Assembly (NCBI GenBank): GCA_963719515.1
Contig: CAVRCJ010000007.1
Span: 1 to 64,000, forward strand
Direction: 5' to 3'
DNA: 64,000 nt
Source of the DNA: an uncultured cyanobacterium
GTDB lineage: Bacteria > Cyanobacteriota > Cyanobacteriia > CAKZMO01
Shown here: piece after piece, positions 19,376 to 28,239 of the stretch
Position numbering within the stretch: position 1 is the first letter of the stretch
How the letters are laid out: each line of letters begins with the position of its first letter
The notes under the pieces: model-generated
Databases searched by the model: none
The model's input: only the letters and a program-made list of their open reading frames with translations
What the model was told of the DNA's origin: nothing
Made by a program: the position numbers and the translations under genes

Positions 19376-19635
19376 TCTGCAGAAACCATCGACAGCTTTG
19401 GTCCCGATGAGGTGTCCGAAAAGCTGATGGAGATGACCAAGGGCATGTCCCTGGATGAGAGCAAAGCCCGCATTGGCCGCAAAATTCTCTGGGGTGGCGA
19501 AAATATCCAGCTCCTGAATGACTATTTGGAAGCGGCTGTAGAGCAGGCTGAGCAAACTGCCCGGAGAAAGGGAGCGCCCCTGCGAGCTGATTACGCCGCC
19601 ATGGCGACTAAATACGAACAAGGTCGAGCTTTGCA

Positions 19636-20187
19636 TTATTGGCCGAGCAATTGTTCGACAGAAACCTCAACACCTGGAAATGCTGTTGGTTTGACGGTTC
19701 CGGTCGTCAAGGTTTGGCGCGATTGGTAATCGCCCTGCTGTGGGTTTGTGAAAATAATTAGCTCGCTGGTTTTTAGGTTGACGACCCAGTACTCTGGGAT
19801 GTTGACTGAGGCATAAACGAAACGTTTGGGCTCTAGGTCTTTAGCCAGGCTAGTGTTAGAGAATTCGATTAGCCAAAAGACGTCTTCTGCGTAGGGATGG
19901 CGGTTTCGGTACCCTTGACCCAGCGGGGCAACGACTGCAATGTCGGGTTCTGGCTCTGAGTTGTCAGGAAGCGTGATCGGGCGTCCTTCTCTAACTTTGG
20001 CGCGGCTTCCGAGCAGAGCTTCTAGATAGTCTCCGGCCTCGTCTGCCAGGTAGGCGTGGGTGGGGCCTTCTGGCGACATTTCAACAATTTCTCCTTGCAG
20101 TAGCTCGACGCGGCGATCGCTTAAGATGCCTGCTTCTACTATCTTGTGGTAGTCGTGGAGGGTCCATTTGGCCGTGGTTAGCGTCAT
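19636..20187 (-). CDS. Uma2-family (PD-(D/E)xK) endonuclease
   Basis: RVELLQGEIVEMSP, SEPEPDIAV, LIEFS, IPEYWVVNL. Confidence 0.92.
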   Translation of the reverse strand: MTLTTAKWTLHDYHKIVEAGILSDRRVELLQGEIVEMSPEGPTHAYLADEAGDYLEALLGSRAKVREGRPITLPDNSEPEPDIAVVAPLGQGYRNRHPYAEDVFWLIEFSNTSLAKDLEPKRFVYASVNIPEYWVVNLKTSELIIFTNPQQGDYQSRQTLTTGTVKPTAFPGVEVSVEQLLGQ

Positions 20188-20235
20188 GGGAGGAGCCTGG
20201 GTGCGCTGCGTCTAGTTTAGCGGAGGACTGAGGCG

Positions 20236-20814
20236 CTAGAGGCGATCGCTCTCGGCAAGAGCTGTGATATTTACAATGCCTCTCACGAATATCGTAAAGC
20301 TAGAAGATCTATTATCCTCCACCTCGAGATATTTTCCTATTTCTCTAGATCCTGAGATCTTCTGGTATTTGTAGCGAGTAATTTTTTCAACCTCCTGTGC
20401 AGCATTATTGAGCCGATCAGGATTGCGAAACTTACTTTTTTCTCTATACTGGTCAGACAAACCAGGAATCCTGAGTCCCTGCTCGACTGCTCTGAGGTCG
20501 CCTAAGTACCAGCTTTCTAGCTCTCTGCAGGCAATTCTAATCAATGTATTAGGCTTGCCAGCCTGACTACAGATTCTTTTCAGGTTTTGCTTTATTTCAA
20601 CACAGTCGCCGCTGTCTTGATCACGTAGAACTACAAAGACTGAGCTTGGTTTCTGCCAAGCCCTAAGCTTAATCGGCAGGCTTTTCTCTAAGTCAGTCTT
20701 GCCTTCAAACACGACGTAAATAGGATGTACATAAGCTGGTAGCATCCGAGGTAGTAAATTTTTTAACATTTCTTTAGCACTGCGCTCTTCCAAGAAAAAG
20801 ACTAGCTCCATCAT
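20236..20814 (-). CDS. DUF4276-family (TOPRIM-like) protein
   Basis: LVFFLEERS, LRDQD, RELESWYLGD, NRSSSF motifs; ATGA overlap with the upstream ATPase. Confidence 0.75.
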   Translation of the reverse strand: MMELVFFLEERSAKEMLKNLLPRMLPAYVHPIYVVFEGKTDLEKSLPIKLRAWQKPSSVFVVLRDQDSGDCVEIKQNLKRICSQAGKPNTLIRIACRELESWYLGDLRAVEQGLRIPGLSDQYREKSKFRNPDRLNNAAQEVEKITRYKYQKISGSREIGKYLEVEDNRSSSFTIFVRGIVNITALAESDRL

Positions 20815-22001
20815 TGTGGATCTACTCCTCCAAGAAGACCTTGCTTCCACAGGTATCCCATCTTATCACCAGCATTCATGAAAGCAACTAATTGTTCGTC
20901 TTGGTTTGCCCTAAATATTTTTGCATATCCGTTTTCTTTAACAAGCCAAAAGACCTCATCTATCCGAGTGGCATTGAGAAAATCTGGTGAGTGAGTAGAT
21001 ACAAAAACTTGACCTCCCCGAAGCGCATAACTTTGAAATTCCTCGGCAAGTTCTGGCAGTAGACTCACATACAGTTGATTTTCAGGTTCTTCTATACATA
21101 AGATTGGATGAGGCGACGGATCGTATAGCAAAACGAGATAAGCGAACATTTTAATTGTTCCATCTGAAACATATCGATCTAAAAAAGGATCCTGAAATGA
21201 ACCATCCTGAAACTGCAATAGCAGGCGACCTTCTACCGTACTGACTGTTCTTATATCAGAAATTCCCGGAACGCGGCGCTTCATAACTTCGATGATGTCA
21301 TCAAAGGTTTCCTTGTGGTTCTCAAATATATTTCGAGCCACCAGCTGAAGATTGTCACCACTATTTGATAAGTGCTCTTCATATCCGGCGGCATCTTTAG
21401 AACCACGCGCTGCAGAAATATGGAAGTCCGATATATGCCAGTTTTCGATTAGCTTACGAAACGCACTAGCGGCTTTGAATCTTTCAAACTGCCCCAATCC
21501 CTTTATTGCTAAAATATCAGGAGAGTCCAGCTCCTGAGTTTCGCGATTGAGCTCTTCATCTGGTCTTGAATAGTCCTCTTCGTTTGTAATTGCGTATCCT
21601 TTTCCTCTAGAAAAATCTAGGAAATGATATGGACTTCCGAAAGAGCCACGCTTATAGCGAAGAATCTCTCTCTCAACAACAACATTTCCTGAGTCTTTCT
21701 GAATACACAATATATATGTAACTAGTCGCTCTTTTCCGGCAATCTCTAATCTAAACTGAATCTCAAACTCTAGCTTTTTTTCGTCTGTATTTCGGCTTAA
21801 AACCTCTTCAAATCCTCCCCGAACCTGCAGCGCTCGGCGTACGTTGAACATTAAACATCCCTTTAAAAATTCAAAGACGTCGAATAGTGTAGACTTGCCA
21901 GTTCCATTTGCGCCGATAACAACGCAAAATTGCGGAACATCTAGCATCTCGACATCTTTAAAAACCTTGAAATTCTTAATTCTTAACGTTTCTATTCTCA
22001 T
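20811..22001 (-). CDS. ABC-type AAA ATPase (AAA_21/AbiEii-like)
   Basis: IKNFKVF, GANGTGKS, VSDGT signature, LCIEEPEN, STHSP; visibly AT-rich. Confidence 0.88.
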   Translation of the reverse strand: MRIETLRIKNFKVFKDVEMLDVPQFCVVIGANGTGKSTLFDVFEFLKGCLMFNVRRALQVRGGFEEVLSRNTDEKKLEFEIQFRLEIAGKERLVTYILCIQKDSGNVVVEREILRYKRGSFGSPYHFLDFSRGKGYAITNEEDYSRPDEELNRETQELDSPDILAIKGLGQFERFKAASAFRKLIENWHISDFHISAARGSKDAAGYEEHLSNSGDNLQLVARNIFENHKETFDDIIEVMKRRVPGISDIRTVSTVEGRLLLQFQDGSFQDPFLDRYVSDGTIKMFAYLVLLYDPSPHPILCIEEPENQLYVSLLPELAEEFQSYALRGGQVFVSTHSPDFLNATRIDEVFWLVKENGYAKIFRANQDEQLVAFMNAGDKMGYLWKQGLLGGVDPQ

Positions 22002-22040
22002 AAAATTCTTAAAGATGTTGGATTTATTTGCTCCATAGGC

Positions 22041-22288
22041 TTGTTCTCACAGTAAAACTGTAGTACATTCAGCCATGGCGCTCATGCGCAGACACGCCCC
22101 CCGTTCGTACTAGGCATACGACCGAGAGGCTAACCCCCGAATTTGGCATTAGCAAATTCAGCGGCTACGTTGAGTTTACTTCACCGTATAGCTCACAAGC
22201 AGCTGTGCTTTGCATCGCTCCTAGCGGAGTACAGATCCGGGGTGGCCTGCCGCTGAGCGCCACCACACCCTCATAAGGAGCACTCACA
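22041..22288 (+). promoter_or_regulatory. putative sigma70 promoter and ~215-nt structured 5' leader
   Basis: TTGTTC-17-TACATT at 22041-22069; serial hairpins (TCGTA/TACGA, GAATTTG/CAAATTC, CGGA/TCCG, GTGGC/GCCAC); GTGCTTT can pair with the AGGAGCAC RBS. Confidence 0.5.
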
Positions 22289-22627
22289 ATGCAACTGCAT
22301 AACTACACCGGCGAGCCCACCCCTCGCCACAGCTCGCGCAGCCCAATTATCACCCTCCCGGACACAAGGCTAAACGAACTCAACACCCCCGACGCCGACA
22401 TCGTCCCCACCATCCAAGAAGACGACAGCCTGCTGCATATCCTCATCGGGCCCCTATACGCCGTCAACAACTGCCGCCACGAGCTGCACCTGCGCGGCTA
22501 CGCAGAACCCAACGACTGGTCCATTCCGCTGAAGCTGTTGCACACCGCCGGAGTCCTGCGCGGCCAGCACCCCAACGACATCATGCGAGTTTTGAGGAAG
22601 CAGATTAGGCCACGGCAGCTCAGCTAA
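22289..22627 (+). CDS. hypothetical protein, paralogous to the gene at 54907-55288
   Basis: AAGGAG RBS; core LLHILIGPLYAVNNCRHELHLRGYAEPNDWSIPL aligns with LRHIIIGSPADVQDAIARLHLLQYVERRLWTPLI. Confidence 0.75.
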   Translation: MQLHNYTGEPTPRHSSRSPIITLPDTRLNELNTPDADIVPTIQEDDSLLHILIGPLYAVNNCRHELHLRGYAEPNDWSIPLKLLHTAGVLRGQHPNDIMRVLRKQIRPRQLS

Positions 22628-22662
22628 ACCCTGCTACAGCAAGTGTCCTAACTTGTGTATTT

Positions 22663-22782
22663 ATTTAGCGCAGACTTGGCCCTCTCCCCCCAGCCCCTCT
22701 CCCAATCCTGGGAGAGGGGATTCTGATCCCCTTCCCTCAGAATTGGGGGAAGGGCTAGGGATGGGGGCTTCCATGACGCTAA
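22663..22782. repeat. cyanobacterial REP-like palindromic element
   Basis: CCCCTCTCCCA-ATCC-TGGGAGAGGGG, CCCTTCCCTCA/TGGGGGAAGGG, outer TTTAGCG/CGCTAAA; lies between convergent genes. Confidence 0.7.
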
Positions 22783-22977
22783 ACGCGTACTGACTTGTTA
22801 AGACATCTGCCATATTGGCCCGCCCGTCGCAGGTCAGCTCGCCCGTCGCGCTGGGCGCAACAGCAGACGCCACATCGAAGATGCGTAGCTTCTGCAGCGA
22901 TCGCCAAAAAGCCAGCGGTAAAGGACACTTCACCGCTGGCCTAGCGTTAAATTTCAGTCAGTCCTAGTTAGGCAATC

Positions 22978-23559
22978 CTAGAGCTGCGCATCCAGCGGCA
23001 GAATCACCTGATCTACCGCGTGGATGACGCCGTTGCTCGCCGGAATATCGGTTTGGATCACGGTGGCATTGTTCACCATGACGTCGCCCGTCGCGTCATC
23101 CACGCTGATCGTCAGCGGTTCCTCAGCAACGGAGACCACCTCACCCGGCGACACATCAGCCGCCATCACTTCCGCAGGCAGCACATGGTAAGTCAACAGC
23201 TGAGTTAGCGTTTCCTGATTCTCGGGCAGCAGCAGCTGGTCTAGCGTGCCCTCCGGCAGCGCATCAAAAGCGGCGTTGGTGGGTGCAAACACGGTGTAGG
23301 GGCCGTCTGCCGAGAGGGTTTCCGCAAGGCCCGCAGCCTCAATTGCCTGCACGAGGGTGCTGAAGTCCTCGTTGCCCGCGGCGACATCCACAATAGTGCC
23401 TGCTTCCTCATCCATGGCGGCAGGTTCTTCTGTGGTAGGCGGCTCCACCGGGTCAACGACGGCGGTATCCGGCTCCTGCTGACAAGCCCCTAGAACCACG
23501 GCAGCGCTCAGACCAGCCAGGCCAATCATCATTCGCTTAGAAGCAGATTTTGTCATCAT
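22978..23559 (-). CDS. fasciclin (FAS1) domain lipoprotein
   Basis: VLGAC lipobox; YTVFAPTNAAF, LLTYHV, NGVIHAVDQVI. Confidence 0.93.
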   Translation of the reverse strand: MMTKSASKRMMIGLAGLSAAVVLGACQQEPDTAVVDPVEPPTTEEPAAMDEEAGTIVDVAAGNEDFSTLVQAIEAAGLAETLSADGPYTVFAPTNAAFDALPEGTLDQLLLPENQETLTQLLTYHVLPAEVMAADVSPGEVVSVAEEPLTISVDDATGDVMVNNATVIQTDIPASNGVIHAVDQVILPLDAQL

Positions 23560-23661
23560 AGAATGTTTACTGAGTACAATATTGTAAATAGCTTATAGAA
23601 TCTTAATGACTCACTGGAGATAACAGCCTCGTCCCTCTGACAGATATTCTTTAAAAGAGAC

Positions 23662-26600
23662 TCAAACCCGCTTGTCAGCGGAAACATACGGCTCGCCGCG
23701 AACCGCGTCCTCCTGGACTAGCGGTATCTCATCAGCATCGCGGCCTAGCCAATCGTGCAGCAGCACATAAAAGCACGGAATAATAAACAGCGTCAGCAGG
23801 GTCGCCAGCGCCAGCCCCGAAAACACCACGATGCCCAGCGGCTGCAAAAACTCTGACCCTTCCCCGATCCCTAGCGCCAGGGGAAACAGCCCCAGCACCG
23901 TCGTCACCGTCGTCATCAAAATTGGGCGCAGCCGCTGGGGAGCAGCCTCGCGAATGGCTAGGGCATAGCTGACGCGATCGCGATCGCGAATCTGGTTGGC
24001 CAGCTCCACCATGATGATGGCGTTGTTGACCACGATGCCCACCAGCAGCACCGCCCCCACAATCACCGTCGCTCCCACCGCCGTCTGGGTAAAAAACAGT
24101 CCCCAAATCCCCCCCGCTAGGGCCAGAGGCACCGTGAGGATAATCACCAGCGGGTCAATCAGCGAGTTGTACTGCAGGGCCATGACCACAAAAACCAAGA
24201 ACACCGCCAGCAGACTCAGGGTTCTGAGGGAAGACTGCAGCTGGCTGTTGGCCCCAGCGGCGAAGCTGGGCAGGCGTAGCACGTCCTCAGGCAACTCTAG
24301 CCCCGCTAAAATCGTGTCCACCTCCGCCAGGGCCTCACTGAGGCTGGCTCCCTCCACCAGGCTGCCTTCAATCAGCAAAATCTGCCGCTGATTGATCCGC
24401 TGAATCTCTCCCGGAGCCTGCCCCGACTCAATATCGGCAATGTCTCCCAGCTGCACGGCCTGATTATCCTCGGTGAATAGGGGAATGGTGGCCAGCTGGC
24501 TCGCCGTCTGCAGGCTACCGGGGGCGAGCTGCACCCGAATATCTACGAGGCGATCGCCCCGCTGCAGCTGGGTGGGCACCGCACCATCCAGCGCCGTTTG
24601 AATCGTGTCTCCCACCTCTTGAGCCGTCAGCCCCAGGTCGGCCACCCGCTCCCAATCGGGGAGAATCTGCACCTCGGGCAGAGGCGGGGCGGCGTCGAAC
24701 TCGTAGCGGGCCAGGGTGGCGTTTTGCAGCGCCTCTAGGGCGATTTCCCCGGCCTCATCCAAGCTGCGGGTGTTGTTGCCCTGAAACAGGACATCGACGT
24801 CGTCTCGGGTGGGGGAGTTAGACAAAATCAGGCCACGCACCGAATCGGGCCGGGTGCGAATGGAGGTATCAATCAGCGGAATTTGCTCTCCGATGGTCTG
24901 GTTCACGCGGTCGACGTAGGCCGAGATATCGCTGCCGGGTTTGAGGGTAATGGTGCTCGACCCGCGCAGGGCGTTCTCGCTAGTAACGTTGGCAAACAGC
25001 GCCCCGCCCGAGGTGGTAAAGGCGTATTCGGTTTCAGGCTGCGCCAGCAGCAGCTGGTCCACGGCGGCCATCACTCGCCGGTTGTCTTCGATGGGGGTGC
25101 TGGGGGGAAACTGGACTCTTAAAGATCCCTGGCCCGTATCGATGCGGGGCAGTATTTCCTGCGGCAGCTGTCCCCACATCCAGCTGCTGCTGCCGCCTAA
25201 GACAAAGAAGGCGATCGCAATCACCAGCAGCCGGTGGTGCAGCACCCAAACCAGGCTGTTGCCGTAGCGGCGGGTGAGCTGGTCCAATCGATGGCTAAAG
25301 TGGCGAATAGGGGCCAGATTGTTGACGCCGCTCGACCTCCGCATGGCAAAGAGGCGAGACGCTAGGGCGGGCACCACGGTGAGGGCAATGACTAGGGAGG
25401 CCGCCACCGCAAAGCTAATAGTCAAAATTAGCTCGCTGAACAGCAGGGCGACAAAGCCGCCAATCAGCAGGAACGGCAGCACCGCCACCAGGTTGGTGGT
25501 GGTGGACGCCAGCAGAGCCGACTCTAGCTCCCGGCTGCTGTCTTCAGCCTGCCCCATGATCTGAGCCTTACCGGAGGAGCGCGCCACGCCTTTAGCAATG
25601 TTCTCCAGCATGACGATGGAATTATCCACCACAATCCCCACGCCTAAAGCCAAGCCCCCGAGGCTAAACACGTTCAGCGACAGGCCAAACAGCCCCATCA
25701 GCAGCAGCGCCGACAGGGTAGCCAGGGGAATCGCCAGCACAATCACCACGGTTTGCCGTAGGGAGCCCAGGAAAAACAGCACTGCGATCGCCGCCAGCCC
25801 TGCCCCGGAAAGGCCAGCGATCGCCACGTTTTGAATTGAGTTGCGAATGTACTTCGATTCGTCCAGGGTGGAGACCATGTCCATATCTTCTGGAATCAGC
25901 CCCGAGCCCTGTAGGGTGTCGAGCTTCGCCTTCACCCCGTCGACCACGGTAATCGTATTGGCATCAGGCTGCTTTTGCACGCTCACCTTCACCGCCGGTT
26001 GCCCGTTGAGGGTGACGATCACCCGCTGCTCTTCCGTCCCGTCAACGACCTCGGCCACATCCCCCAGCCTGATTTGCTGAGGCGGCGTGGTCCCCTCCAC
26101 TTCCAGCATCAAGTTGCGCACCTCATCCGCCGAGCGAAATTTGCCCACCAGCCGGGTGAGCGACTCAGCGTCGCCGCCCCGCAGCAGTCCCCCGGAGGTG
26201 TCTCGGTTGCGCTCCTCCAGGGCGTCCAGCACGTCGGTGAGGTCGAGATTTACCGCCTGCAGGCGCTGCAGATCTAAATTCACCTGCACCTCTTCCTCCA
26301 CCCCACCGGAGATATCCACATTGGCCACCCCCGGGACTCTCAGCAGCTCGCGCGCCAGCTCCTCATCGGCAAACACCCGCAGCGCCACCGGCTCTAGAGA
26401 CGCGGAGGTGAGCGCCAGCTCGTACACCGGCAGCTGCGACGGGTCGAACTTAAACAGGCGCGGCTGGTCCACCGTATCGGGCAGAGCGTCGCGGGCGCGG
26501 TTGAGGGTGGCGGTGGCGTCGTTAAGCGCCTGGTCAATGTCTTCGCCGGGTTCAAAAAAGAGGTCAATGCTGATGCGGCCTTCGCGGGTTTGGGAGAAGA

Positions 26601-26850
26601 TTTGCACCACTCCTTCTGTGGCGGCCAGGGCTTCTTCTAGGGGGCGAGTGACCTCGGTAATCGCTACCTCCGGCACCACGCCGGGGGCATCGGCCCGCAC
26701 CCCAATGCGGGGATAGGTAATGGAGGGCAGCAGGTCTACCGGCATGCGGCTGACGACGAACAGCCCGACTACCACGACGGCGAGGGTGGCCACTAGGGTG
26801 CCAATGTGTCGCCGGATGGCGAGGGTGCTGAGGCTAGGTCTGGGGGTCAT
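23662..26850 (-). CDS. RND efflux permease (AcrB/AcrD/AcrF family)
   Basis: GIVVDNSIVMLENI, GIVVNNAII, RLRPILMTT; ~1060 aa; start could be as far upstream as 26892. Confidence 0.95.
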   Translation of the reverse strand: MTPRPSLSTLAIRRHIGTLVATLAVVVVGLFVVSRMPVDLLPSITYPRIGVRADAPGVVPEVAITEVTRPLEEALAATEGVVQIFSQTREGRISIDLFFEPGEDIDQALNDATATLNRARDALPDTVDQPRLFKFDPSQLPVYELALTSASLEPVALRVFADEELARELLRVPGVANVDISGGVEEEVQVNLDLQRLQAVNLDLTDVLDALEERNRDTSGGLLRGGDAESLTRLVGKFRSADEVRNLMLEVEGTTPPQQIRLGDVAEVVDGTEEQRVIVTLNGQPAVKVSVQKQPDANTITVVDGVKAKLDTLQGSGLIPEDMDMVSTLDESKYIRNSIQNVAIAGLSGAGLAAIAVLFFLGSLRQTVVIVLAIPLATLSALLLMGLFGLSLNVFSLGGLALGVGIVVDNSIVMLENIAKGVARSSGKAQIMGQAEDSSRELESALLASTTTNLVAVLPFLLIGGFVALLFSELILTISFAVAASLVIALTVVPALASRLFAMRRSSGVNNLAPIRHFSHRLDQLTRRYGNSLVWVLHHRLLVIAIAFFVLGGSSSWMWGQLPQEILPRIDTGQGSLRVQFPPSTPIEDNRRVMAAVDQLLLAQPETEYAFTTSGGALFANVTSENALRGSSTITLKPGSDISAYVDRVNQTIGEQIPLIDTSIRTRPDSVRGLILSNSPTRDDVDVLFQGNNTRSLDEAGEIALEALQNATLARYEFDAAPPLPEVQILPDWERVADLGLTAQEVGDTIQTALDGAVPTQLQRGDRLVDIRVQLAPGSLQTASQLATIPLFTEDNQAVQLGDIADIESGQAPGEIQRINQRQILLIEGSLVEGASLSEALAEVDTILAGLELPEDVLRLPSFAAGANSQLQSSLRTLSLLAVFLVFVVMALQYNSLIDPLVIILTVPLALAGGIWGLFFTQTAVGATVIVGAVLLVGIVVNNAIIMVELANQIRDRDRVSYALAIREAAPQRLRPILMTTVTTVLGLFPLALGIGEGSEFLQPLGIVVFSGLALATLLTLFIIPCFYVLLHDWLGRDADEIPLVQEDAVRGEPYVSADKRV

Positions 26851-26926
26851 GGGCGTTGCGTCGATGTCGGAAAGGACGGATAGATATGGCACCGGACAGG
26901 GGAGTGCCCCGTGCCTACGGGAGGCG

Positions 26927-28168
26927 CTACGTTTCGGACAGCAGGCTGCGCCGCACGGTTTGCCCCGCCGTCAGAGGGCGATCGCTCTCCACCACGTAGA
27001 GTTCGCCTGAATCGAGGCCCGTCAAAACTTCGACCTGGTCATCGCGGCGATCGCCCAGCTGCACCGGTCGCGGCTCAACGGTGGGCTCCTCATCTCCGCT
27101 GACCACGAAGACCGTCTCACCATCAGAGGCGTCAAGGGCGCTTTGCGGAATCAAAATCGCCTCGCGGGGGGCTGTTTCAACCTGGACCCGCGCAATCAGG
27201 CCGCTGCCAATTTTACCGCCGGGGTTAGATATGGTGATCTCCACCGGAATCAGGCGAGCGGTGGCATCGGCCACCGGAGAAATGCGGGTGACAAGGCCGG
27301 TCATCGTTTGGCTAGGAAAAGCGTCCAGGATAACCTCAACGCGCTGATTGAGGGCGATGAGGCTGCGATCGCGGTCGGAGATATCGATCAAAACATGCAC
27401 CTCGCTCAAGTCCCCAATCTCCACGACGGTCTCACCGGGCTGCACTAAATCCCCCGGCTCCGCCGCCTTAGTGAGCACGACGCCTGAGAGGGGAGACTCT
27501 AGCCGCGCGTAGGACAGCCGCTCCCGGGCCTGGTCTACAATCGCCTGCTGGGACTCCGCTCGCTGCTGGGCCGAGGCGATCGCCTGCTCGCGGGTGCGCA
27601 CCTGCTCCTGGGCCGACAGCAGCACTTGTTCAGCGGTGCGCCGACCGGTCACGGCTAGCTCCGAGTCTTGGGTAGAGATGGCGCCATCTTGCTCCAAGCG
27701 CTGCAGCCGTTCGGCGTCGCCCTGGGCCTGCTGCAGCGTCGCCCGCGCCTGCTCTACCTGGGCGCGGGCCTCCGCCAGCTGAGACTGAGCCTGATCCACG
27801 TCAAAGCGGCGGGCGGCTAGCTCCGACTCAGCCTCCTGCACCGCAGTCACCAGCAGGTTGTCGTCTAAGCGGGCGATCGCCTGCCCTTGGCTCACAGCAT
27901 CCCCCACGTCTACCAGCAGCTCTAATAGCTGCCCCTCCACCCGCGAGGTGAGAGAAATTTGCTGCAGCGGACGGGTGGTGCCGGTGTAGCTGAGCTGACC
28001 TAGAGCCGAGCTGGGCTGCGCCACAGCCACCTCCACAACCGGAGGCTGATTATCCTCAGCGCCGGGGCGACCCGACTGAGCGCTGCTTTGGGGGTCGAGG
28101 GTGCAACCGACGGGGAGCAAAAGACTTGAGGCGAGGAAACAAGACGCAATCTTCTTCCGAGAGACCAT
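26927..28168 (-). CDS. RND efflux periplasmic adaptor subunit
   Basis: Lipoprotein-like N-terminus, VDVGDAVSQGQ and SPLSGVV..GDLVQPG lipoyl halves, helical hairpin. Confidence 0.92.
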   Translation of the reverse strand: MVSRKKIASCFLASSLLLPVGCTLDPQSSAQSGRPGAEDNQPPVVEVAVAQPSSALGQLSYTGTTRPLQQISLTSRVEGQLLELLVDVGDAVSQGQAIARLDDNLLVTAVQEAESELAARRFDVDQAQSQLAEARAQVEQARATLQQAQGDAERLQRLEQDGAISTQDSELAVTGRRTAEQVLLSAQEQVRTREQAIASAQQRAESQQAIVDQARERLSYARLESPLSGVVLTKAAEPGDLVQPGETVVEIGDLSEVHVLIDISDRDRSLIALNQRVEVILDAFPSQTMTGLVTRISPVADATARLIPVEITISNPGGKIGSGLIARVQVETAPREAILIPQSALDASDGETVFVVSGDEEPTVEPRPVQLGDRRDDQVEVLTGLDSGELYVVESDRPLTAGQTVRRSLLSET

Positions 28169-28239
28169 GAGGAGACCTGTTTTGGCGGAGCTGCGCCGTG
28201 GCTTTAGAATTCTTTAAACAAATTGTAGCAACCCTGTGG

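Noticed and set aside
22661..22933. 90-aa ORF with PSPSPNSEGRG
   Set aside because: Translation of the REP-like palindrome; no other coding evidence
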